Position numbers and translations under genes: made by a program | Notes under the pieces: model-generated | Told to the model about the DNA's origin: nothing | What the model saw: the letters and a program-made list of their open reading frames with translations, nothing else | Database searches by the model: none | Assembly (NCBI RefSeq): GCF_036321535.1 | Contig: NC_087438.1 | Location: 25,420,001 to 25,484,000 of the forward strand | Source: Camelus dromedarius | Lineage: Eukaryota | DNA length: 64,000 nucleotides | Reading direction: 5' to 3' | Part shown: piece after piece, positions 53,691-64,000 of the stretch | How the letters are laid out: every line of letters starts with the position of its first letter | Numbering within the stretch: the stretch's first letter is position 1

Positions 53691-55214
53691 TGAGACAATG
53701 GAAAGGGTGGCAGGAAAATGGTTAATGCATATGAAATATACATAACCGAACAGGGAAGACATCATTGTCACTGGTCATGACAGTCCCAGTGGCAGCTGCG
53801 AGTCTACAGTTGGGAACTTGCAGAGTTATTTTCTCCGCAGCCCGTTACAGGTTACTTTTGCCCTCAGTCAGTGTCACAGCTGGGCCAAGTTATGTAGCTG
53901 GAAGGGTGACCCAGATCTCCATTCCTGATGGATCCAAACCCTCGGGGATCCTGATTATACTAGATTTCTGTAGTCTTCCACTGAAAGTTATTGTTAAATA
54001 TACAAATTAAATTAAAACGCATATTAAACATATAATATAATAAAACTTTTACCACTGTGCATGGCGCTCCTATAAAGTGCCCCAGAGGCGCCTCTGAATT
54101 CCACAAATACTTTTCCCTGCTCCCATAGTAAAACAGCAATCCTGTTTCCCCTTGACAACCTGCTGAAACACTCAGCTGATACAGTACTGACCCCTCTTTT
54201 GCCTGTTAGTTCATTTCCACGAGGTGCTCAAAATGCTGAGTAGCAATCTCAAATTCCTACTAAACAGAACAAATCAGTATCACATGCCTCCTGATGTTTC
54301 AAATGAGAAGGATGCAATATTACTTATGTGGTATTCCTGCCAAAAATGCATAATCTGAATCTAATCATAAGGAAACAATGCGTCAAACTGGGGGAAAAGG
54401 CTTACAGACATCCATAAAATAGATCAATTTATTTTTCAGCAACTTCTCTCCAAAATATGCCCTATTTTGAACAAATGTGTGGGTCTCATGTATCCTACTT
54501 TGTGTTCATCCTAAGGGTTGCATTCACATCTCTCTCCCCCAGTCCTTGACACCAGTTCTCTAATCTTTTTCTTCCAAATTTCTGACCATCCAGCTAATCC
54601 AGTGCCCATTAGCCATGGCTAGTGAGACCTGGACATCTGAACATCTTTATTTTAAGCAACAATGACAAGTTCTTCCCATTCAGAGGTTTCCTTTCCCTAC
54701 TGTCTTTCAAGGTCACTGTTGAGTGGAGCAGTAATGCTACAGAAGTTGATTTTCAGCTGACTCAAGCACTTCATATGGCTGCATCCATAAACCAGGCTTG
54801 ACTTTTTTTCTTTCTCAGGTAACTTGTTCTTTCCCCCTCTCAGCCCCCCACCAAGAATCTATAGGTATTGATGGAGAGAGAGCGCAATGCAGCAGGTGGT
54901 GACGCCCTGGCAGTGTGAGCTCTTTGCTCATGCAGTGTAATCATCCTTCAAGACCACTTAATGACAAAGGGTTGAAGAATGAAGAATGAGAAGACCCATT
55001 CCCATAGCTTTTAATCAGATGACACCCAGCCCATGAAGAACAGCTCAGGTCACATGGTCATTTGACCTGAGAAGCAAGCCAGACCTATTTCTCAAAGGGA
55101 GAGTAATCAACTGGCAAATAGAGGATGACTTTGCTCCAAACGCTAGGGATGTGTACTGTATTACTCTTGTGAGGCTCCATGCACCATCCTCATCTGATAA
55201 AGACACTCCAGTCA

Positions 55215-56108
55215 TGTGAGATAGTAGAAAATATATATATTGGTCTCTGTTCTGGGTTCCTGGAACAGCTCCTAAAACCCTTGTAATTTCCTAAGTGATA
55301 AGAACACTAGGAGCATCTCTTGTTCTAATGAGGCAACTCTGGGAGGGCTTCTGATGGCTCCTGGACAGGAGCTGGTCACCAGAAAGACCAAGCCATGACT
55401 AGAAGCCTTGAGTTTTTAGCATCCTCCCCCTTGATACTTCTCCAACATGGGGAGAGGGGCTGGAAATGGAGTTACTAATTGATTGTGCCTATGTGAAGAA
55501 ACCTCCAAAAATCCCAACAGTACAGAGTTCCAGACTCTCCAGGTTGATGAACACACACACACAGAGGGTGATGCACCCCAACTCCAGTGCAGGAGTTTAT
55601 GTCCCCAAGGTTCACTCCTGAGAACCCTCCCAGACCTTGCTCTATGAATCTCTCCCTCTGGCTGCTCATCTGTATCCTTTATCATATCCTTTAATAAACT
55701 GGTTATTGTTAAGTAAGTGTTTTCCTGAGTTCTGTGAGATGCTCTAGCAAATTAATCAAACCCAAGGAAGGGGGTGTTGGAGCCTCTGATCTACAGCCAG
55801 TTGGTCAGAAGCACAGGTGGTAACCTGGACTAGCGACTGGCATCTGAAGTGGCGGGGGGCACAGCAGGGGTGAGGGAGAGGAGTCTTATTGGACTGAACC
55901 CCTAACGGTGGGGATTTGATGCCGTCTCTGGGTAGATAGTGTAAGAAATGACTTCATTATAGGATGCCCAGCTGGTGTCACAGGGAATTGGCTGTGTGGG
56001 GACGCACCCCCCAGAAGTGTCAGAATTGAAGTGTCTGCGTAAAAGGAAAGGAGACCCACAGGGAAGAAACGTGCAGTCAGGAAGAGCTGGGTGTTTCCTT
56101 CCACCACA
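55215..56108 (+). mobile_element. MER21B/C-like solo LTR inserted into the ERV-L pol
   Basis: TG...CA termini, perfect 5-bp TSD AGTCA (55210-55214, 56109-56113), AATAAA at 55693 and MER21 hallmark ggtcaccagaaagaccaag. Confidence 0.9.
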
Positions 56109-59100
56109 AGTCACCGCTAGACCTGCTGGGTAGTAGGGCCAAATGGCAGCACTGCCTGCACCCCTTTTCACACTCCAGGCCCCCACAAAGCTGGCAGCTC
56201 AAGGTTACTCAGTAAATGAGTCCATGCGGCACATGCAAATGTGGCACATGCTGTCTCCAAAAGCCAAAAGGAAGCTGTCAAACTTGCGCCTCTTTTTGAG
56301 CAGAAGGTACAACAACTGATCTTTCACTCTGGCTGGGAGATCCCCAAAGGCTCCAGACCGTTAGCCTCCCATAAACGTTACTGAAGTGACAGACCCTTCT
56401 ATTTTCAGTCTTTTAAATATCCTGTCGTGTCATGCGTCTTACCAAGAACACACGCGGCTTTTTTTTCACCAGGCCCAATGGAATGACGTCAGCAATAGAG
56501 TGGACCAGTAGGATGTTCCATGGCATGGTGTGGCGATCGACATTCCTAAAAAACTAAAATACAGCTGGGCATCTGAGAGTGGATACAGCCCAGAGGTGAG
56601 ACAGGGGAAGTATACTGCTTTCTCTGTGAGGCAAAAGGCAACTGATTCTAGTGTCCTGTACCAACTAGAAAGAAAAAAACAGTGCTAAATGTCTAGGTCC
56701 ATTCCGGGTGCTAGAAACTGTGTTAATTTGACACATGGAATAGCAAATATAATTGAAAGCACCATCCAATTAAGTTTACAGTAATCCACTGTTGTTCTCC
56801 AAGACCCACAGTTTTCTTGTACAGGCCAAAAAATGGGTTAAATGCAGACATGAGAAGAATCATCATCTCTGCCCTATGTTAAGCCTTCTTAGTGATTAGT
56901 GATGACACTAATCACTGTGGTTTCCTCAAGGCTGCAGTAGTTTGGGTTTTTTTTAAGGGAGTAGATAGTTACTATTTTGTTATGTAGGAGTTACCCTAGC
57001 TTCCACTAGATCCCTCATAGTTAATAGCTTTTACTCCACAAAACCAACATGGCAACTCTCCGGCTGCTGAAGTGTATCCTTCAACTATGCACTGAAGAGT
57101 AAGGGAGATAATTACCAGAGGGCTTCACAAACCCAGCGGGACAACAGAGAGGCAAACTCAGACCCAAATTCTATTTATCCCCTCCAGAGGACCCCAGCAG
57201 TATTCTGAGTCTTAGGGATTAATGTTAATGCAAGCTGGAACCAATAAGCCCTCACCAGTTTGGGTGGTTCTCTTTTCCCTGTGCAGAGTGAAGTTATTAA
57301 ATAGCTACCGGTTTCCTTAAGGAAGGCTAGGAGGAAGATTTACAGCACATTTTCTTGATGGGATCTCAGGGTGCTGGTTTCCCCTTTATTTAGTGGCTCT
57401 AGGTTTATAAACTGGTCTGGAAATTGTGAAGGCCTTTGACTTTCCAGGTGTACGGTATTTTTGATTATATATCAAATGAATTCTGATAGACCACCCATCT
57501 CTCCATTCCTAGAAGCCACATGATCAGTGACCTACTCGCAAAGATCAGATCGCCACTCTGGCTCTGCTGACAGAAGCTGTTTCCACCTTGCTTCTGGCAT
57601 TTAAGCACTGCTACTCGTTCTCTGCCACTGCAGGATCTCAACAGACCCACTGCAATCAAAATGTCATTTCAAAAGCAGCATCACTCACCTTCACCCCTGA
57701 CTTACAGAGAACCCCACTGCAATGCTTTCCAAGGATGTATTTATCACACTTCTCTCTCTCAATGCCTTGGTGAAAAGAGCATTCTCTGGCCCCCTCCCTG
57801 GGTTACTGGGTCACACGAGAAATACCTCCTCTAAGAGTCCTTTCTCCTAAGAGTTTGGACCCTCCCTCTACATAACACCATGGACTTCTGACAGCTCAGT
57901 TTCCTTCCACGAGGCCACCAGTGAGTCCCATTTCCAGTCCATCAGTCAGATCAAGAGTTACAACCATTCCCAGCTGCACCAACTAGAACAATGAATCCAA
58001 ACTCTTTGGAAAATGCACCCACACCTATAAAGTAAGCCAGATTTAAAATTATGTTTCTTCTTCTCTAGTCTAAAGTCTCATAATCCATTGCCACACCTAT
58101 TCCCTAGATTTCTGCTGACATAAAGGAGCAAAATTTTGCTATTTCTGGGATGTAAACCTTTGCCTCATAAGATAAACATTGTACTTTTCCTTCTGGGCAC
58201 ATGCTGGAATTCGCCTCTAGTAACAGATCTAGAACAATGAGTGGTGGGAATGGGGTGGGAGGAAGACTGGCATCTCCTTGCCAGGGATTTATAAAGCCAT
58301 TATGAAGTCTCTAAGTAGGGCTGAACAGTTCTTATCAAACAACAGAGGAGGAGACACTTCTGCTGGCAATAGAAGTTCAGTGGAGTTTGGGAGATCCTGG
58401 TACTCAGGTTCAATTGAACCCACCCAAGTGGTCCCACTTCACGTGGCCTCACTCTTTCCCAATCAATACTCAAAGTTCTGCATAAGACACCTAGTGACTC
58501 TGTGAGTTCAGATTACCTTTTAATCATCAACCCACAGGACCAGACAGCATTTGATGTTAGACTGTATCAGTCCTGCAGCTAGAAGAAATAAATGGTTCTT
58601 TTAGAAATGCATAGGAGCTTCTTGGTCCTCTGATCATGGCTTACGATAATAACTTTAGAATCCTGAACAGATTCTTTTCTGTAAGTTCTCTAATGTAGGT
58701 AAAAACAGCCACACAGTTCTACAGCCCTTGTATCCCTTATTCTCACCCCAGTGGTCAGCAGGCACCAGTCCACCAAAGCCTTGCCATCACTGTGTACTTT
58801 GTTCCAAGTGACCAACTGCACTGCCAGTATCCCAAATGCTAGTGCTAATTTAATCGTTGCTCCTTCCAAACCTAATCAAGTCAGAAAAAACAAATCCAGA
58901 TTTCCAATTTCTTTAGAGTCTGTGGCACTAATTCTTCTAATCATAGTCACGGACAGGGTTTAATGGCAGAGAACGAAAGCCATTCTAGCAAGTTGAAGCA
59001 TGGGAGGATTTATTACAGGGCATTAAAAAGCCCACCGAATCATTGGGAGACCCAGGGAAACAGACTTAGGTTGAGATTTCGAAACTGGCTCCCCAGGCCA

Positions 59101-61404
59101 CACAGTAGAACTGGGTCACTAAGGAAGCTCTTGGTTATCCCAAGATTGGGAAACTGCCACCTTCTAAACAATGTGATTGCCAGAGTCAGGAAGCCACCAC
59201 AGTGTGGAGCCCTCATAGACCAGAAACAGGTTCCCCACCAAACCAGACAAGCTCTAATTCTTACCTGCATGTTGGGTTCATGGTGACCTGCTTCTTGACA
59301 CCCACAAACTTCTGCTAATGCTGCCGTAGAAAATGCAAATGCCTTCAAACCAGATTTTTAAAGAAAAAGCAGAAGCGGCTAGAACATGGCCTCTGCCTCA
59401 TTTCTGCCTTCCAAACCTTACCCCCGTGTGCCATGACGGCTGGGCTTAAATCACATCTAGAGCCCTGAGGGCAAGGGAGTCTGAGAAATGGGGTGTTTGG
59501 CTCTTCAGCCACCATAGGGCAGGAAGGTTTAGCAGAAGGCAGGTGGAGTGGACACTGGGGACAGCTCTACCAAACCCATCACAAACCCCAATACTGAGTT
59601 CTTGTCTTAACCTTGGACAAAGAATCCATGTCGATGTAGCTGTGTTTGCAACCAATGAGTCCACCGCTGACATTTCCTTAAATTCCCCACATACCTGTAT
59701 AATCCCTGGACACTTAGAGGTAAACTATAAATTTCAGTTGATTGAACGAGTGGCTTGGAATAGGTGATAATAGAGAAAGGCTTTTATTTTTATTTTTCTG
59801 ACTCATTTCCAGAAGTCACTGAGAAATGGCTTGTCCACCCAGCTGCAGCATGAAATATTTGCTGTTTATTTTGATGAGATCCCAGAGGGTCTTCTGAATC
59901 ATCTAAGTAACAGTAAGTTACATTCGGTTGCATTGTAGATTGAAGTACTTGGACAATATACTCATTTCTGGAAACTGATATAGGGAACCAAAACGCCCCT
60001 TTTGTTCCATTCACTTTAGAAAACAGAGAGTTTACTGTCTTAAGGGAAGGCACACTTTCATGGCCTCTTGTCTTGAAGTCAGGAATGTGCCTTCCAGAAG
60101 AGTCCCAGTAGGGATGAGCAGTCTATCTTCTCCAAGCTACCTCCTTTCTTATCTTGTTGTCTTGGAACTCCTCCAGTGTCTGGAGTAATCATTGTACCTG
60201 AAACAGAGAACATCTTTGTTTTTCTCAGAGGAACAACTGACTCTCCTTCAAATACCACTCTCAGCACCAAGACCTATTAACTTGCATGTATAAATACCCA
60301 TTCCATACAGTGTGTCAAGTATCGGCCAGAACCCACACCTTGCACAGCCCACCGGCCTGCTCAGAATTTGGGAGAGCAAAGGTCATCCTGTCCATCCCCC
60401 TGCCTTCAGTCAGAACGTTGCAAAGTCAATATGAAACAATGGCTCCTAGTACTCAGTACCAGAAACTGACTGTGACTTGAGAATGACGTGAGATACTAAA
60501 TAGCCATTTTCTTCTCAAGTCAAGTATCCCTGTTACTTCCTAAGCCACTGACAGAAAGACAAAAACCTGCCAATGAAAAGCGGAAAGGTTTTGTCTCAGA
60601 AGCATCTGGGAGACTTCGCCAAGGCCCATACAGGCCCAGGAAAATGATATCTCAATGATAACTGTGTTTTACTAAAAAGTTAAGATTTAGGAAACAGCCT
60701 TTCCCAGCAATGTGGCATACATTAACATGAGCAGACCAGCTCTCCCTCTGTGAACAAAAAAGACAGGAAATGGAGACAGTTATTCTAGTAATTCAGTGAC
60801 TCCCCTTCCTCCTGGGTCACTGGAGATCGCCTCCGTCTTTCGTTGCAATTGGATTACAGCTCAGTAGCTGCTCTGGGCTTGGACCTGAAGAGTATTCCTG
60901 GCAGGGGAGTCTCTCATTCCCACATTCCTGCTGCAGACCTCATGCTCCTGGGCGATGGACATATAACCACTCTCCACCATCTTTCCTTAAACACAGTCAA
61001 ATCCAAACTTTCCTGTCTAACCCTAAGTCCTCAAATCCTGTCTATCAAGTAGCACCAGGCCCCAGTGGGTACTGGCTATAATGGAGGTTTATGGCTCCAA
61101 AGGAAGGTATTTAATATGGCATTCTTTTGAAAAGGAACCATGGACATTTGGATGCATTTCTACTCATTTTTAAGAAGTCAGAGAAGAAGTGAGTAAAAGG
61201 AACCCCTCAGGATCTCATGCTAGAATCCTCTCTGGCCCTGAAGTCAAGCCCAGCTGTGTCCCGTTGCTTTGTGACGTCTGTCTGTCATTGGCTTCCAAAT
61301 GCTTTCCCCAACATGCACCAGTGAAGGTTTCTGCACATTCTAGCCTTTCTGACCTAATTTGTGCCTTTCATTCTCCCTCTTAAAACTGTCCCACCCCCAG
61401 CACC

Positions 61405-61448
61405 TGCGTGCACGTACGCGCGCGCGCACACACACACTCACACACACA
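61405..61448. repeat. Alternating purine-pyrimidine tract with (CG)5 and (CA)n
   Basis: Read directly from the sequence. Confidence 0.9.
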
Positions 61449-61479
61449 GTGATCCTCTGTCATGACCCCAAATAGTCAT

Positions 61480-61690
61480 AAAGAGCAATGGTTTCAGAGC
61501 TAAATTGTGTCAATTCTAATTGTAGCTTTACCTTATAAAAACTGCTGAGCAAGTCCTATGCTTCAGTTTCTCAATCTGTAAAGATAATAATAACATTTAT
61601 CAAAAAAAGTTATTGTTGAAGGTTCAGTTGTGAATGTTAATTAAGTACTTAGAAAAATGTCTGGCATAAGGTGGCATACAAGACATATTA
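61480..61690 (+). mobile_element. MIR
   Basis: cttcagtttctcaatctgtaaagataataataac...tgtctggcataag. Confidence 0.55.
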
Positions 61691-62259
61691 GGTCTTTTTA
61701 ACATGGGACATGGCATCTGAACAGTGTATTAAGTAATTGTACCCTCTTTTCTCTCCTAACACACATAGATTCTGCCCATACCCACACCCCCGTTCAGAGG
61801 AAAGTGGTCATGAGTGGCTCTTTCTACATTAAGATTCCATAGTTAATGGTTATTGAACCAAAAATGAGTGCCCAAGTCAAAGACAATACAAGTTATGTAA
61901 GATGCACATGAGCAAGACCTGTTGCCAAGGAGACGACTTGACTTGAGATGCTACCAAAATGGAGCCCTCCATACTGGGTGGTGACAACCCAGACTGACCA
62001 GAAATTCTGTTTTGGAAAGTTGGGATATAAAAGCACATGAAAAGGAAAGCAATAGGGGACTGTTTGGAAGCAGTTGAAAGATAACCAAATCACTATTGGG
62101 GCAAGCATAGTCTGAATGACAATGATTCACCAAGTTACCCACAAAGCCAGCTGAACATTTAAGCCTGAGAAGCAGAGGGTCCAGCAATGGCATTGGTGCT
62201 GAGACAATTTCCCACATTTTTTTTCTTTTGGTGTATGCTTTTCTTAAAACTCTCTCCCA

Positions 62260-62372
62260 AGTAGTAATTTCCAAACTTTAGTATTAATAAGAACCTGTGA
62301 AATTTGTTAAAATGTAGATTCTGGGCCGTCTCCCCAGAGATTCTGTTTCAGTAGAACTGGAGTGGAGCCTCA
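62260..62372 (+). mobile_element. MER5-type hAT MITE fragment
   Basis: ttgttaaaatgtagattctgggcc..cccagagattctg core. Confidence 0.6.
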
Positions 62373-63419
62373 GATAGGGCCATTATTTGTGGTTATTCCT
62401 TGCACTCCTCTGGGGACACATTCATATTAACTATGATGTGAGTGCCTCCTGAGAGTTGTGCAGTGCACAACCTGCCCAACCAAATGTGACAGCTATGAAT
62501 AATTCTCCTTTAAGTGGCTCCAAGTTCACACAAAGAAATACTAAAGGTAACTTGGGTATGTTCTCTCTTTTGCTATCTAAAAGAATCCAATAAATACTAG
62601 TTCCCTGCTGATCCATCTCAGGTCCTAGTCACTGCTCGCACCAACTCGGTATCGACAGTTGAGAAGGGCTGAAGCAGAGAGGGGAAAGGACAGGCAGAGA
62701 AAGGACCAGTACATTTGTGTTTTATTACATACAGAAAGTTTCAGCAAGAGGCTTGATGGCTAGTCTAAATATATGTACCTTCTGAATGTCACTGGCTGAG
62801 AAGCAGTTGGAATGAAACCAAATACAAAGAGTGCAGAATGAATTGCTGATGAAAACTTTACAATACCCCAAGGCACTAGCATCATGCTCCCAGCTCCCTG
62901 CCTCTCATTAAAGATGTTGCTTTCCAAGCTCCATTAATTGGTGAGGGTCTTGATGTAGTTAGGGAGCAGGAAGACTCTCCAGGCCTCTGAAAAGAAAATT
63001 GTGTTTCTAGAGAAAGGATTTATCAACTATCAAGTGAGTTCAAGTCAACAGGTTTTTGCCTAGCACAGTTCGGCGCTGATAGGATAAAAAAAAATTAGAA
63101 GACTCCACCCCAAGCTTCCCAAGGAAGTTGAAGGGAAGAGGGACATGATTAAAACATATGAAGAAATTAAAGGACAGGGAAGAGAATATGTGATCAAGTG
63201 CTAAGTTACTGAGACAGTGTATGCAATCGGAGTTCAGGAAACCAAGAGACCACTGAGGCTACGGTCGCCACAGGGAGGCAATTGAAGAATATTCCGGTAG
63301 TTGCTTTTGTAAACAGTGAAGATATCTGAGGTTTGAAGGGAGAGGCAGACTTGCTCTTTTTTCTGATAACTGGCATTTCCTTTGATCCCAGCATTGGACT
63401 TGGTCTTGTTCACTTCACG

Positions 63420-63869
63420 TACTCTGGACCTAACATTTTATTTCAATTTTCCTAAGCACATTTCACTTCTGCTGCCTGCTTGCCTGGGCTTCTCAGATAC
63501 CTGGCCTGGGGCACCTATGGGAACCACCCAGCACTTGTGAAACTTGGCTGTGTGGGGGAGTTAGCACCTGGGGACAACCCTTGGCCGGTTGGGGATGGGA
63601 GCTCATGGGTGCCTTCCCCGCTTGTGTACCCTGACTGGACAATTCTGAGATGCATTCCTCACAAGTCTCAGATGGCCCCAGAAGGGTCGGTCCCAGGCTC
63701 CCACAGCAGCGACCAAACTTGATCATAAACTGTGTAACTTGGCTCCCCCTGTTTTCCTGTTTTCCTCTTCCCAGTCCCCGACTCCCGTTTCTGAGGTCAC
63801 TTCGCAAACTACCTTCATTCAGACCCTTGTCTCAGGCTCTCCTTTCTGGAAGGAACCCTGGCTAAGACA
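63420..63869 (+). mobile_element. LTR16-type ERV-L solo LTR
   Basis: 3' end ccttgtctcaggctc...ggaaccctggctaagaca, typical of LTR16; start approximate. Confidence 0.65.
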
Positions 63870-64000
63870 AGACAAGACAATGAGTTATATTTTTAGAATT
63901 TGAATATTTTATGCTCAATTTGCAGAGAACTCTGACACGGGGCTCTGCCCCTAAGCACACTCATCTCAGGATGGTTCAAACCAAAATGTACTGTCTGCCT

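Larger units (their letters stand above)
52755..59583 (-). mobile_element. Ancient degenerate ERV-L provirus: 5' LTR (58945-59583), gag-pro-pol remnants, dUTPase region, 3' LTR (52755-53325); LTRs LTR33-like
   Basis: The minus strand of 56769-56828 translates WPVQENCGSWRTTVDYCKLN (ERV-L RT WPVQKxDGSWRMTVDYRKLN), and 56482-56511 gives LLVHSIADVI (decayed HYIDDI). RNase H-like sequence lies at ~54480-54800, dUTPase-like at ~53700-54290 and gag-like at ~58270-58940. The two same-orientation LTR-like blocks share catttctgccttccaaa (53224-53240; 59399-59415). Confidence 0.75.

Noticed and set aside
54061-54100. TATA box (CTATAAAG) plus 14-bp palindrome CAGAGGCGCCTCTG as a core promoter
   Set aside because: It lies within the decayed ERV-L dUTPase-like region on the opposite strand, with no CpG island or other promoter context.
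52755-59583. A functional, coding-competent retrovirus or domesticated gene
   Set aside because: The catalytic YIDD is decayed to SIAD, there are many stops and frameshifts, no long ORF appears in the track, and integrase is largely missing.

Overview
Mammalian genomic DNA, most likely a camelid. The evidence is five copies of a short tRNA-Ala-derived SINE (Vic-1-like), cetartiodactyl-type L1 3' ends, and no Alu, B1, Bov-A/BovB or PRE elements that I could see. The + strand carries the 3' part of SLC1A3 (EAAT1/GLAST, glial glutamate transporter). Positions 1-10604 are intron 3. Coding exons 4-10 lie at 10605-10809, 13671-13713, 16564-16856, 19272-19505, 20056-20250, 23875-24009 and 26259-26463; all have GT-AG sites and an intact frame ending ...SETKM*. 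The ~2.1 kb 3' UTR ends near AATAAA at 28577. The remaining ~35 kb is intergenic, with an orphan CpG island (~30.2-30.7 kb), many old repeats (MIR, L2, MLT1, hAT MITEs, L1) and two assembly gaps. The most notable non-genic structure is a heavily decayed but two-LTR ERV-L provirus on the minus strand (~52.75-59.58 kb). It retains gag, protease, RT, RNase H and dUTPase remnants, apparently lacks most of integrase, and is interrupted by a MER21 solo LTR with a perfect 5-bp TSD. I see no evidence of a new protein-coding system; the other ORF-track ORFs look spurious. Repeat subfamily names and human residue comparisons are from memory and need confirmation with Dfam/RepeatMasker and BLAST.
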